Virus record (IMG/VR): IMGVR_UViG_3300022177_000005
Span: 1-37,948 of that record
From: a virus
Lineage: Duplodnaviria; Caudoviricetes
Strand: one strand, 5' to 3'
DNA: 37,948 bases
Numbering within the stretch: position 1 is the first letter of the stretch; every line of letters begins with the position of its first letter. A program made the position numbers and the translations under genes. Below, piece after piece: positions 1 to 9,436 of the stretch. Under the pieces are notes generated by a model that made no database searches, had not been told where the DNA came from, and saw nothing but the letters and a program-made list of their open reading frames with translations.

Positions 1-53
1 CAGCTGAATGGAACGCATTCGTCGAGATGCTGCAGCAGTTCCTTTACTTTCAT
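1..53 (-). CDS. Host gene, 5' end only: probable Nif3-like dinuclear metal centre protein
   Basis: ATG at 53 with RBS GGGGAGG; reads MKVKELLQHLDECVPFS..., resembling Nif3/YbgI N-termini; only 17 codons visible. Confidence 0.5.
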   Translation of the reverse strand, partial: MKVKELLQHLDECVPFS

Positions 54-74
54 GGATATCCTCCCCGGATAAAT

Positions 75-103
75 AAAAAAACCGTTTCCCCGGAAGGAAA
101 CGG
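75..103 (-). terminator. Rho-independent terminator downstream of the tRNA 3' remnant
   Basis: Minus strand CCGTTTCC-TTCCGG-GGAAACGG followed by a T7 run. Confidence 0.85.
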
Positions 104-112
104 CGATTTTAG

Positions 113-135
113 TGGTGGGCCTACCTGATTTCGAA
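113..135 (-). other. Prophage att core: duplicated tRNA 3' end (Ile- or Lys-like)
   Basis: Minus strand TTCGAAA-TCAGG-TAGGCCC-A-CCA keeps T-loop/T-stem/acceptor/CCA spacing; no 5' tRNA half present; lies at the edge of the phage genes. Confidence 0.8.
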
Positions 136-177
136 ATGGAAAATATAATCCCTTATGGTAAGCCTCTCGCCGTTCAA

Positions 178-214
178 TATACGTCAAAAAAAATATACGG
201 TATGGTATACGTCA
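178..214. repeat. Three 9-bp direct repeats, candidate integrase arm-type sites
   Basis: TATACGTCA 178-186, TATACGGTA 194-202, TATACGTCA 206-214, about 45-80 bp inside the att core. Confidence 0.6.
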
Positions 215-268
215 CTTTTTCCGCCACCAGGTTCAATACCTTTGCACCCAGGTATTATACATCATATC

Positions 269-3200
269 CTAGAATCCCTGCAGGATCTCGCGGGCTTCCT
301 GGCTTTTCTGCCCCTTCAGGCGCTGCTGCAGCCGCTCGTAGGCAGTCCCCTTCTTCCGTTCTCTCAGCTCCCGGATGATGCGGTCAGGGGTGATTTTCAG
401 CTCTTTCAAACGCTGCAGCGCTTTCGCGGCGTCCTTCGAGCTGCCGGATTCGCGGGCCCGAACGTACTCGTCGATGGCGTCCCGTTCCCGCTCCATCCGT
501 TTCGCTTCCACGTAGTTTGCGGTCCGTACAGCATCCGATTCCACAGCCTCTCGTGTCGGCCGGAATCCCATCGCCCGGACAACCCGTTCCGATCCCTCGT
601 ATTTGAACTTCAGGCGTCCCCTCTTTTTATCCTCCACCTCGCCCAGGATAGCCTTTATTGGGTTCGACAGTCCCGGAGAAAGCGCCTCGATGGCGTTCAG
701 CAGCGCGGCCGTTCCGTCCCCCTCCAGGCCGAACAGCTTCCCTGCCATGGTGGCCACAGGTCCTGCCATGCGAGCAATAGTCCCCGCAGTCGGTCCCAGG
801 AGATCTGCTAATTCATTGGGGATCACGTCGCCCATACCCACGCGTTTTGAAATGTCGATCCCGGCGTTGCTCAACAGCCCGTACTGGATCGTCCGCCGCA
901 CCGGCTCAGGGATCCAGTCCTGCTTCGCCATCCATGCGTTCACTTCCGCCTGGGGGTCACGGCCGAACAGCGCCATAAAGAGAGATTTCAGCAGCTCCGC
1001 TCCAGGGAATCCCCACAGCCCCGAAAGAGCGATCATGGGGATCCAGAACCGTGCATTCTGGGCGAACCCGTTCAGCCCCGTCGCAAGTTCCAGCTGCTTT
1101 ATCCCAAACTTCTTGAACTGGAAGATCACCTGTCCCAGGGGTCCGCTGCGCCTCAGAAAAGCCGGAGTATCGGCAACACTGTAGTCGAAGTTCGCCCGGT
1201 CGTTGATCTCCTTCGCGTAGGCGATGGCGTCTTTATGGTTTTTCCCTTCCCGGATGGCTTTTGTGTACGCCGCCAGCACCGTAGCCTTCCGGCACATGCC
1301 GTCCATATAGGCGAATGGTGCCATGGAGAGCTCCAGGAATCTTCCGACGGCCCCGTACATCTTCTCAGAGGCCTTGCTGTATCCCGCCCCAGCCGCCACG
1401 TTCAGGTTTTCGCTGACGCCCGTCTCCTCGTAGATCCTCGTCACCCGTTCTGAAGGGTTCCTCAGGTTTGCGAAATACTCCTGGATCCCCAGCCGCAGGT
1501 CGTTGTATCCCAGGAGCGCGGATGCGTTGATCAGCTGCGACAGGTTCATCATGGCCGATGCCATATTCAGGAACCCGAGCTTCGCCACGCCCATGCCCTT
1601 GGTGAACACGCTGGCCAGATATTCCGCAGGCCGGTCCCCGAACACCTGTTTCGAGATCTTGTACATCCCGGGGATCCTCTTGAACCACTCGTTCATCTGC
1701 GTGGATGCGTTCGACGGCACGCCCAGCACGTCGTTCAGGTAATCCTTCGTGTACTTCGCGATCCCATTGTATTCGTGCTTGAAATTTCCCCAGGTCTTCT
1801 CGAACAGTCCAAGCCCGCGATATTTCAGCTCATCCATTGCCAGGAACCTGGCGCTCTGGTTCACGTAATGCCGGAAGGCGAACCGCATGTCCTGGTCCCA
1901 TCCCTTGATCCCCAGGCGCTCGTGGCTGAAGGCGAAGATCCGGTTCTTGAAGGCTCCCTTGTCCTTCCCCTTCAGGAACGTCTCCGCTTCATCGGGAGTG
2001 AAGGTGAAGGCCTCCTCCATGGTCGTGCTGAACTTCAGCAGCTTCCTGTCGTTCAATGCCGATGCATTGTAGGCGCTCGATCCGGAGAAGTCGTTCGGCT
2101 TCGAGGCGATATCCACCTTGCCGCCGGGGTGTTTTTTCTCCACGCTTCTGGCCAGCTCCACCGCTTCCTGCAGGCTTCGTGCCGTGTCCACGATGCGGCC
2201 GTCGAGGCGCACGAAAAACCCGTGGAAAATATGGGGCACGTACCCTTCCCGCCACCCCATGACCGTGGTGCCGCTTTCCCTCTGCCGCTGCCGCACCGCA
2301 CGGCCCACACGGTCGGAAAGGTCCCGTATCAGCCGGTACCCCTTCCGCACCTTTTCGTCCAGGCCCCGTGCCGTCAACTGCTCGTCGGTTAACGTCCTGC
2401 CCCGAAGGTCGCCCTCGATAAGAATCTCATTTAGAGCCTGGCTCTGATCGTCCGACAGGTCCCCCCATGCCTTGTCCAGGATAGCGTTGAAATCCCGCCG
2501 CAGCGTTTCTTGGAGCTCCTGGGCCTCCTTCGCCATAGTGAAGAACGGAGTGAACAGCTTGTTCTTCTTCGCCAGCAGTGACGGCGACGTCAGCGTATAG
2601 ATCGGGTTCAGGTACGTCTCGTCCTTCGTGTTCTCCGACAGCAGGTTCCCTTCCCGGTCGTACCGCTCCCGGTTCTTCGGGTCACTGGGGCCTTTCCCGC
2701 CTCCGCGCTTCTTCGTCTCCGGAGTGAAGAAATCATCGATCTCCCGCACTGCGGAGGAAAATCCTTCTGTGCTCCAGGGGCCTTCCGAGAAGATATTATC
2801 GATGTCGGCTTCTGTGATATTCTCTCCTTCACCCGGCCATGGAGTTTCGTTTACCGCAGCAGCCCGGTTCCTGGTCCCGAAGACATCTTCTATATCCTGT
2901 TCCGAAATGGGGCTTCCTTCATCCGGCCATGGATTCTCCGGGGCATTTGAAAGTTTCCTCGCCTGCTCTGTTTCCTCGGCCTTGTGAGTCAGCGCCTGCT
3001 GCTGCTTTGTCTTTTTCTTTTCCGAGGACTGGAAAATTTTCTCTTCAGGGGATAAAATATCATCAGTTTCTTCCCCCGCTCCCTCCTTGGACTGAAAACG
3101 TGTAGGTTCAGGGAGAGTAGTTTTTGAGGAATCGTACACTTCCTCATTAACACCGGGGGAATTTTCATTTCCGTCCCAATCTTTCCATCCCGTCAACAGC

Positions 3201-6200
3201 CAGGTGTTTTTTTCTCCCATCCGATACAGAGACAATACGGCTGAGTACCCGTCCTTTGAGATAGTCACCCGTATCCCTTTTTCTGGACCTTCTGTTTTAG
3301 TTATATTCCCAAGGCCGATGACATCAACCATTTTTCTGGCTGTTTCTTCGCCGTTAAAACCTTCCGAATTTCTTTTCGCTATGATATGGGAAACACCGCT
3401 GCCGCCCTTAAAAGTGCTTCCTGTTCCGGGGGTCCCCCAATAGAAGGAAACAGATCCTATATCATCTCGAACCATAGCGTCCATCACGTCAGCATGATCC
3501 CGAATAACCTTTTCCATGCCGCGTTTTCCGCTGGCAATGTTTTCTGAAACGCTGCGGAAAACCTTTTGTCCGGATTCATCCCATCTCTGGAACAGCTCCA
3601 TCTCGTTCAGCGTCACCACAGTTTGGTTCCCGTTTCTCGTAACAGACACATTCTCAGCGGTTCCTGCCTGCGCCGCAGAACTCTCTCCGCCCACCATCCG
3701 GTCCATCACTTCCCGGGCTTCCTTCGAAAGCTTGAAATTCGGGTCACCGGCCAGCTTCCCGTACACGTCCGCCAGCCATGTCTTGAACCGCTCGAACACA
3801 GCCTGCAGCCCGGCATTCGGAGCCTTCCCGTCGGAAAGATACCGTTCGAATCCATGGGCGAACATCTCATACCCTGCGATCATCACGATCTGCGTCGTCT
3901 CCGCGTCCGCCTTCCCGGAGAGCGCGTCCCGCACCAGCTGCGCCCCGTTTTTCCCGGCGAAGAGAGCGGCCTGCTCCGCAGTGAACGTCCCGTACTTGTT
4001 CGCCCGGATCCATACCGCCAGCCAGCCAGCTTCCTTTATCCACCAGTTCAGTATTGCCGTGGCATCCCGGATAGCATCTTTGATCCCATTTTTCGCCTGG
4101 TTGTAAAGGTCTTGAAGGAAAAGATGCCCGAATTCATGCACCAGGGTGCTCCGGTCCATCGTCTTCCCCAGGGTGATCGTCACTCCGCTTTTCCCGAACA
4201 GTGTCGATCCCCTGGTCGTGATCTCATCGGCCACAGGTCCCTGCGAAGAGGAATCCGACGTCTCCCCGGTTCCCTGAAAAAGCTCCCTCTCCGACACGCT
4301 CCAGGGCGTGCCGAAATCCCACAGAGCCTGCCGGTTCGGCTTCAGCAGTACATCGTTCAGGTCTGCGTTATGCCGCATAAGCCACTCGCTTTTCAGCATG
4401 GCCGCCATAGCGTCGTTCGGCAGGCGGTTTTTCTTATCCCTCACGTTCCGGAACCACGACGTCAGTCGCGCCTCCGCCTCTCCGCCGATCCTCCGGTACG
4501 CGTCAAAGATCGTCTGTCTGCTGGGATTGAATTCCTTCTCATCAGGGGAATACCCGAGTCTATTCAGTTCGTTCCGGGCCGCTTCCCGCTCCTCCTCCGT
4601 CAGGTCCGGGTCGTCTTTCCTGTCCCACAGAGCCTGCATCCGAGCCTGAACCATCTGCATATTCCCGCCGCGATTGAACCCCTCGGCCCCCTGGATCGAA
4701 TGCTGGATCTCGTGAAGCAGCGTTTCGAGAAGTTCGTCATCCCGTGCCGGTATTTTTTCGTTGTTCAGGGAATTCGTCCCAAGCTCCATCGAAAGCGGGT
4801 AATTTCCTTCCTGGTACGAGCCTCCAGCGCGATTGATGTTTACGCTGACCTTCATGTCTTTCAGGTGCGGATAGGCCGCGTAGAGGTCAGGATGGTCCAG
4901 AAGGTCCGAAACTTTTACGTCCTGCTTTGTCACCGCAGCCAGCTTCAGCTTGGCAGCGGCGTTCTTGTAGGCCGGAGTGATCGACGCCTTCGAATCGTCG
5001 ATCACGTACCGCCACTCGCCGTCGGGGCCTTTGAACCAGCCCGTCTCCGCGTAAATATCGCGGGCGTTCCGCTTCCCGGCCCGCTCCATCTGCTTCGCGC
5101 GTTCCAGGGCACGTCTGGGAGCCGTCTTCGAATTCACCCCCGCGTTCTGCTTCAGCTCCAGGGAGGTATCGCCTTCAATATAGGGGTTGCCTTCAGAATC
5201 CTTGACGCCTTCGAGAAATGGGCCTAAAATAATCTCAAAAGTATCCGGCGTGTGACTGTTTAAAGGTTGATCTTTCAGACCCTTGCGGTGCCGACGTTCG
5301 GATACTTTTTCTATTATCCTGGCATCGTAGGCTCGATATATTCCTTCAATACTGGTTTCAAAATGACCGGCAAGTTCTTTTACTGTTAACTTTACTTTGT
5401 ACATAGCCTTGGGATCATTGCTTATCTTCGATGGAACAAAAAACCTATGGATCTTGTCTACGTATCCCTTCTGCTTCTGATCCTCGTGAGATTCCACAAG
5501 CCGCGCATGCTGAATGATCTTCGGCAGCTCGGCAAGGATGTTCATACTTGTGGCCAGATCTACTTCGTTGTTCTTTACTGCGCTGGCGATAGCATGTGAT
5601 ACGTTTTTGTTCGAGAGATTGATGTTCCATCCTGTATCTTCGTTTTGATACTTTCCGGAAACAGATTTTATAAAATCCACACGCCTCTTGCCTGATCGAA
5701 GCTCCAAAGCCTGTTCAGCCGTAAACCTCGGCTGCGCTACGAAGCCGGTCATCGTGCTCTCCGAATCCACTCCATCGTTCAGGGGCTGATCCAGTTTTGT
5801 CCCTTCGTCGGAAGCCTCGAATTCCGGCCTCCCGTTCACGATCTTCAGGTTCTGGCTGTCCAGCCATTCATCCGCAGAGATGCCCTGCCGCTTCCCTGCC
5901 TGCTCCGCCATGGCTGCGAACAGCGTCGAATAAGCCTCGATCTCTTCGGAGCCCATCACTTTGCCCTGCTCGCCGCCCTGGGCGGCGATGCCCTCGAGCT
6001 GTGACCGGATCCGTCCCTTTACCCGTTTCCTGGGCGTGGAAGTATCTTCAGTCGAAATGGAAGTATCTCCAGTCGGAATGGAAGTATCCGCAGCGGAAGT
6101 ATTTCTTCCCCGCCGTTCGCCCGGCAGCACGATCCCGCCGCCAGCCCCGCCTGTGGGGCCGTTCTCATCCGTGTCGATAATGGAGATCTCACGATTCCCG

Positions 6201-8179
6201 ATCCGGATCGTTCCGGCCTTTTTCTCTTCGGTCGTTGTCTCAGTTTGTGTTTCAGGTGGAGCTGCCAGCACCTGGTCGGCCGCTTCGCTGATGGGCATCG
6301 ATGGTTCCGCCGTTTGTCCAGGGGCTTTTTCTTCTCCAGCTTCCGCCGCAGGTTCTTCCGCAGTTTCCGCGCTAACAGGGGCCCAGAGAGGCGTATCCTT
6401 CTCCGGCATCATCTCGTCCTTCAGCAGCGACGTCAGCCGTTCCGCCTCGTCGTATTTCCCGGTGTCCCACAGGTCCATCGCCTTTCGCAGCCGCAGCACC
6501 TGTTTCTTCATCGCCGACGACATGTTGTCCCAGTTCAGTTCTGGGGCCGCGCCCTTGATGTGCGGACCGGGCCCGAGATACGAACTGAAGATCTTCTCCC
6601 GCAGATCCAGAAGTTTTTGCCGGACCCTCTCCTGTGAAGGGAGCGGTGCCCCGTCGGCCTGTGCCGCCTCTCCGGAGACAGGAGGAGGAGTCGGCGGTGT
6701 CCCGGGCTTTCCTCCGTCGGACTCTGCAGTGTCCTCCTGGCTGCCCAGGAGCACGTTCGCCCCGCCGCGAATCCCGCGCCCCACAAGACCGTACAGCAGG
6801 GATGCCAGAGCTTCGGATCCGGCAGCCTCCTTTATCTTTTTCCAGTCCAGATCCTGACCGGCCGCCTGCTGCTGGTAGGCCTCCTGGGACCCGCCTTCCA
6901 CACCCTCGGGCAGTGATTGCCCCACGTAGGGAATTCCGCGCTCCAGAAGCGCCTTGCCCGCCTTCGCGAGCAGTCCCTTTCCGCCGATCTTCGCAGCAAG
7001 AGCCTTCAGCGGCTTCCCCATTCCGAAGAGCAGTACGTCACCCAGGGGGTTCGAAGCTAACAGCGTCCCAAAATTTCTCCGCTGCACGAAATCTACCGCA
7101 GCCTGTATTTCTTCAGGAGACTTTCCGGCTCTCAGCGCCGTCATGAAGGCCTCTCCGCCTTCGTAATCGGATTCCGTTGCGGTGTTCACCAGAGATCCCA
7201 TCAATCCCAGCGCCGGTCCCCCGAGCGCCCAGAGCATGCCGGTGCGCAGCGCCGCCTCCACCGTCATGCCGGAGCTTTCAATGGTCTGCAGGATGGCCGC
7301 ACCGAACTTGTTGTCCGGAAGGTCGTATTTCACTTTGCCCTTCTCCGCCGCTTCCCACAGGCGCTTCGCGTTTTCCTTCAGCTCGTCCACGCGGTAATCG
7401 AAGCTTTTCTCCAGACCGGCCGCCTTCTCCGTGTCTCCCCGGTCCTTGGCCGCCATCTGCCGGAGCATGACCGCCTCCTCCACGGGTGTCATGGGCGCGA
7501 TCCCCGACCGGTTCACGGCCACGACCCCTCCGGGAGTGTTCTCCCTTTTAGCCTGCTCCAGCTGGAACGCCCGCATGGCCTCCGTGTTCCCCTTCGCTTC
7601 CTGGAGGTTCCAGTAGGCGTTCTGGGCCGCCGCCCCGATATGGAGAGGATCCCGAGCCTCAGGAGGCACGTTCAGGTTCAGCGCCATATTGTTCCCGTGC
7701 TCCGCCTTGTCGATCACTGGCACGGAAATAGTCTGAGGTGCTGTTTCCGGACTGCTCAGCCCCATCACCAGGTCGAACTTCTCGCTCGGAGACAATTCGG
7801 AAATATTCTGTGGCGGCTGAGGGGCTCCTGTGGTAAGAGGAGCATTGTCCTGGAATGCCTGGGAAACAGCAGGAAGAGGAGGCAGCCGTCCGGCAGACAC
7901 GGATGGTGCCGCTGCCGCTGCCGTCAGATTCAGCGCCATGTTGTTCCCGTGCTCCGACTTGTCGATCACGGCAACGGCAGCTTCCTGTGCCTTCGGAGCT
8001 TCCGCAGGACCGGTCTCGCCGGGGACAGCGCCGCCGCCCATCACGTAATCGAATTTCTCTCCGGGCGACATCTTTGAAAAATCAATAGCAGGAGGATCGG
8101 GTACCTTTCCCCCAGCCATGATGTAGTCGAATTTTTCGCCGGGGGTCATCTCCAGCAAAGATTTCTGTGCTGCAGGCAT
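269..8179 (-). CDS. Large polyvalent / ejected internal virion protein (LPD3-like, LPD23-like with HEIQH, second zincin HEFGH, PBECR-like nuclease, C-terminal helical region)
   Basis: 2636 aa, last gene of the virion operon; motifs NEDTGWNINLS, ETGWFKGPDGEWRY, LLHEIQH, TLVHEFGHLFL, GSGVSHIIAKR...WLLTGW. Confidence 0.85.
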   Translation of the reverse strand: MPAAQKSLLEMTPGEKFDYIMAGGKVPDPPAIDFSKMSPGEKFDYVMGGGAVPGETGPAEAPKAQEAAVAVIDKSEHGNNMALNLTAAAAAPSVSAGRLPPLPAVSQAFQDNAPLTTGAPQPPQNISELSPSEKFDLVMGLSSPETAPQTISVPVIDKAEHGNNMALNLNVPPEARDPLHIGAAAQNAYWNLQEAKGNTEAMRAFQLEQAKRENTPGGVVAVNRSGIAPMTPVEEAVMLRQMAAKDRGDTEKAAGLEKSFDYRVDELKENAKRLWEAAEKGKVKYDLPDNKFGAAILQTIESSGMTVEAALRTGMLWALGGPALGLMGSLVNTATESDYEGGEAFMTALRAGKSPEEIQAAVDFVQRRNFGTLLASNPLGDVLLFGMGKPLKALAAKIGGKGLLAKAGKALLERGIPYVGQSLPEGVEGGSQEAYQQQAAGQDLDWKKIKEAAGSEALASLLYGLVGRGIRGGANVLLGSQEDTAESDGGKPGTPPTPPPVSGEAAQADGAPLPSQERVRQKLLDLREKIFSSYLGPGPHIKGAAPELNWDNMSSAMKKQVLRLRKAMDLWDTGKYDEAERLTSLLKDEMMPEKDTPLWAPVSAETAEEPAAEAGEEKAPGQTAEPSMPISEAADQVLAAPPETQTETTTEEKKAGTIRIGNREISIIDTDENGPTGGAGGGIVLPGERRGRNTSAADTSIPTGDTSISTEDTSTPRKRVKGRIRSQLEGIAAQGGEQGKVMGSEEIEAYSTLFAAMAEQAGKRQGISADEWLDSQNLKIVNGRPEFEASDEGTKLDQPLNDGVDSESTMTGFVAQPRFTAEQALELRSGKRRVDFIKSVSGKYQNEDTGWNINLSNKNVSHAIASAVKNNEVDLATSMNILAELPKIIQHARLVESHEDQKQKGYVDKIHRFFVPSKISNDPKAMYKVKLTVKELAGHFETSIEGIYRAYDARIIEKVSERRHRKGLKDQPLNSHTPDTFEIILGPFLEGVKDSEGNPYIEGDTSLELKQNAGVNSKTAPRRALERAKQMERAGKRNARDIYAETGWFKGPDGEWRYVIDDSKASITPAYKNAAAKLKLAAVTKQDVKVSDLLDHPDLYAAYPHLKDMKVSVNINRAGGSYQEGNYPLSMELGTNSLNNEKIPARDDELLETLLHEIQHSIQGAEGFNRGGNMQMVQARMQALWDRKDDPDLTEEEREAARNELNRLGYSPDEKEFNPSRQTIFDAYRRIGGEAEARLTSWFRNVRDKKNRLPNDAMAAMLKSEWLMRHNADLNDVLLKPNRQALWDFGTPWSVSERELFQGTGETSDSSSQGPVADEITTRGSTLFGKSGVTITLGKTMDRSTLVHEFGHLFLQDLYNQAKNGIKDAIRDATAILNWWIKEAGWLAVWIRANKYGTFTAEQAALFAGKNGAQLVRDALSGKADAETTQIVMIAGYEMFAHGFERYLSDGKAPNAGLQAVFERFKTWLADVYGKLAGDPNFKLSKEAREVMDRMVGGESSAAQAGTAENVSVTRNGNQTVVTLNEMELFQRWDESGQKVFRSVSENIASGKRGMEKVIRDHADVMDAMVRDDIGSVSFYWGTPGTGSTFKGGSGVSHIIAKRNSEGFNGEETARKMVDVIGLGNITKTEGPEKGIRVTISKDGYSAVLSLYRMGEKNTWLLTGWKDWDGNENSPGVNEEVYDSSKTTLPEPTRFQSKEGAGEETDDILSPEEKIFQSSEKKKTKQQQALTHKAEETEQARKLSNAPENPWPDEGSPISEQDIEDVFGTRNRAAAVNETPWPGEGENITEADIDNIFSEGPWSTEGFSSAVREIDDFFTPETKKRGGGKGPSDPKNRERYDREGNLLSENTKDETYLNPIYTLTSPSLLAKKNKLFTPFFTMAKEAQELQETLRRDFNAILDKAWGDLSDDQSQALNEILIEGDLRGRTLTDEQLTARGLDEKVRKGYRLIRDLSDRVGRAVRQRQRESGTTVMGWREGYVPHIFHGFFVRLDGRIVDTARSLQEAVELARSVEKKHPGGKVDIASKPNDFSGSSAYNASALNDRKLLKFSTTMEEAFTFTPDEAETFLKGKDKGAFKNRIFAFSHERLGIKGWDQDMRFAFRHYVNQSARFLAMDELKYRGLGLFEKTWGNFKHEYNGIAKYTKDYLNDVLGVPSNASTQMNEWFKRIPGMYKISKQVFGDRPAEYLASVFTKGMGVAKLGFLNMASAMMNLSQLINASALLGYNDLRLGIQEYFANLRNPSERVTRIYEETGVSENLNVAAGAGYSKASEKMYGAVGRFLELSMAPFAYMDGMCRKATVLAAYTKAIREGKNHKDAIAYAKEINDRANFDYSVADTPAFLRRSGPLGQVIFQFKKFGIKQLELATGLNGFAQNARFWIPMIALSGLWGFPGAELLKSLFMALFGRDPQAEVNAWMAKQDWIPEPVRRTIQYGLLSNAGIDISKRVGMGDVIPNELADLLGPTAGTIARMAGPVATMAGKLFGLEGDGTAALLNAIEALSPGLSNPIKAILGEVEDKKRGRLKFKYEGSERVVRAMGFRPTREAVESDAVRTANYVEAKRMERERDAIDEYVRARESGSSKDAAKALQRLKELKITPDRIIRELRERKKGTAYERLQQRLKGQKSQEAREILQGF
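6037..6102. repeat. 21-bp coding tandem repeat (about 3 copies)
   Basis: tggaagtatcttcagtcgaaa / tggaagtatctccagtcggaa / tggaagtatccgcagc encodes DTSIPTG-DTSISTE-DTST. Confidence 0.85.
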
Positions 8180-8209
8180 ATGTTTCCCTCCTCTATTGAA
8201 AAAAAGTGG

Positions 8210-9430
8210 TTAGTATCCTTTTTTCGCGGCTTCGGCATCAATCATCTCATCGGTCATGCCAATAGCCTTCATGGCCGCCCGCTTTTCGGGACTGACCTTT
8301 CCCGATCCCGTCAGCACAGCCATTGCGTTGGCCGCAGCCGCCGCCGTATCGGCAGGCGTCATCTCGTCAATCCCAAGGGGATACAGCTTCGATATCGCGC
8401 CGATGATCTCCACTGCTTCCTTCCTCGCCGGATCTGTCTCCGGAGCGCCCTTTAGGCCTGTCGGTTCCGTTTTCCCTGTAGCCTTGTCGATCCGCCACTG
8501 GTCGCCCTTCGCGTCGGTGAAGAGCGTCCATTGAGCCTTCGACGTGTCTGGGGCCAGCTTCACACCCTGCACAGGAGCAGCCTCGCCCGTTACAGGGTTC
8601 ACCCGGTACAGCACTCCGTCAGCTCCTTCTTTCGTAATCCACCGTCCCTGAGAGTTCCCCCGCTGCGTCATGGCGGTCCGTCCTGTGGCCGCCCGCTCCT
8701 TCATAAGGTCCGTCGGGTTGATCCCCTTCTTATAGGTCGTCAGATCCGCTTTCCCCGTCACCGGGTCGAACCCGCCCGCCATCTGCCGGTCGTCAAGGTC
8801 CAGCTTCTCGAACGATTTGTTCGGGAAGGCGTATTCGAAGATCTCCTTCGGGTTGTATCCGTTCGCCTGGAGGATGGCTCCCACCTGGGCGAGGGTGTTC
8901 GGATCGTTCCGGAGGTCCCCTCCGGAGGGGATCAGCTCCCGCACCTTCTTCTCCGCCGCCGCCTGCTGCTGCGCCTTCCTCTGGGGCTCGTACGAAGCGT
9001 TTACAGATTCGGCCATCTTCAGTATGTTCTCGAATCCCACCCTCGGGGCCTGCTTCACTCCAAGACCACGGGAGATGATGTCCGCCTGGGTGGGGATCTG
9101 TGGCTGCCCCCCGGCGAGGAGGGACCCGTACATCTGCTCCGGAGAGACCGTCTCCGGCACGTAGGGTGTCCCCGTCCCCGTCATCGCCTCCGACGCCCTG
9201 GAGGCTACAGCTCCGGGCGCAAGATCGTAGAGCGTCGGAGCCTGACCTCCGGCCTGCTGCCCCTGGGCGGCCGCCATGGCGTCATACACGGCCTTCTGGG
9301 CCGCGAAGTCCTGGGCGGTTTTTGTCCGCTCCAGCCCCGCGTTCAGCTGCCCTCCCAGATACGAGATCGCGATATTTTGCAGCGCCTGGATCCACGGGTT
9401 CTGCTGCCTCGGCACGTAAATGGTCGCCAT
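8210..9430 (-). CDS. Putative ejection / DNA transfer protein
   Basis: 406 aa, Ala/Gln/Gly-rich, directly upstream of the giant protein; internal repeats DPVTGK / NPVTGE / DKATGK. Confidence 0.7.
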   Translation of the reverse strand: MATIYVPRQQNPWIQALQNIAISYLGGQLNAGLERTKTAQDFAAQKAVYDAMAAAQGQQAGGQAPTLYDLAPGAVASRASEAMTGTGTPYVPETVSPEQMYGSLLAGGQPQIPTQADIISRGLGVKQAPRVGFENILKMAESVNASYEPQRKAQQQAAAEKKVRELIPSGGDLRNDPNTLAQVGAILQANGYNPKEIFEYAFPNKSFEKLDLDDRQMAGGFDPVTGKADLTTYKKGINPTDLMKERAATGRTAMTQRGNSQGRWITKEGADGVLYRVNPVTGEAAPVQGVKLAPDTSKAQWTLFTDAKGDQWRIDKATGKTEPTGLKGAPETDPARKEAVEIIGAISKLYPLGIDEMTPADTAAAAANAMAVLTGSGKVSPEKRAAMKAIGMTDEMIDAEAAKKGY

Positions 9431-9436
9431 CGCGCT

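Noticed and set aside
113-135. Intact tRNA gene
   Set aside because: Only the 3' 23 nt are tRNA-like; no D-arm, anticodon arm or 5' acceptor strand upstream
112-811. Plus-strand ORFs 112-378 and 155-811
   Set aside because: They span the att/arm region and the antisense of the giant gene; no RBS or motifs
3566-5227. Long plus-strand ORFs opposite the late genes (e.g. 3566-5227, 8531-9694, 11881-13137, 14547-15821, 30488-31846)
   Set aside because: Antisense shadows of GC-rich real genes; no recognisable motifs or RBS, and they fully overlap well-supported minus-strand CDSs
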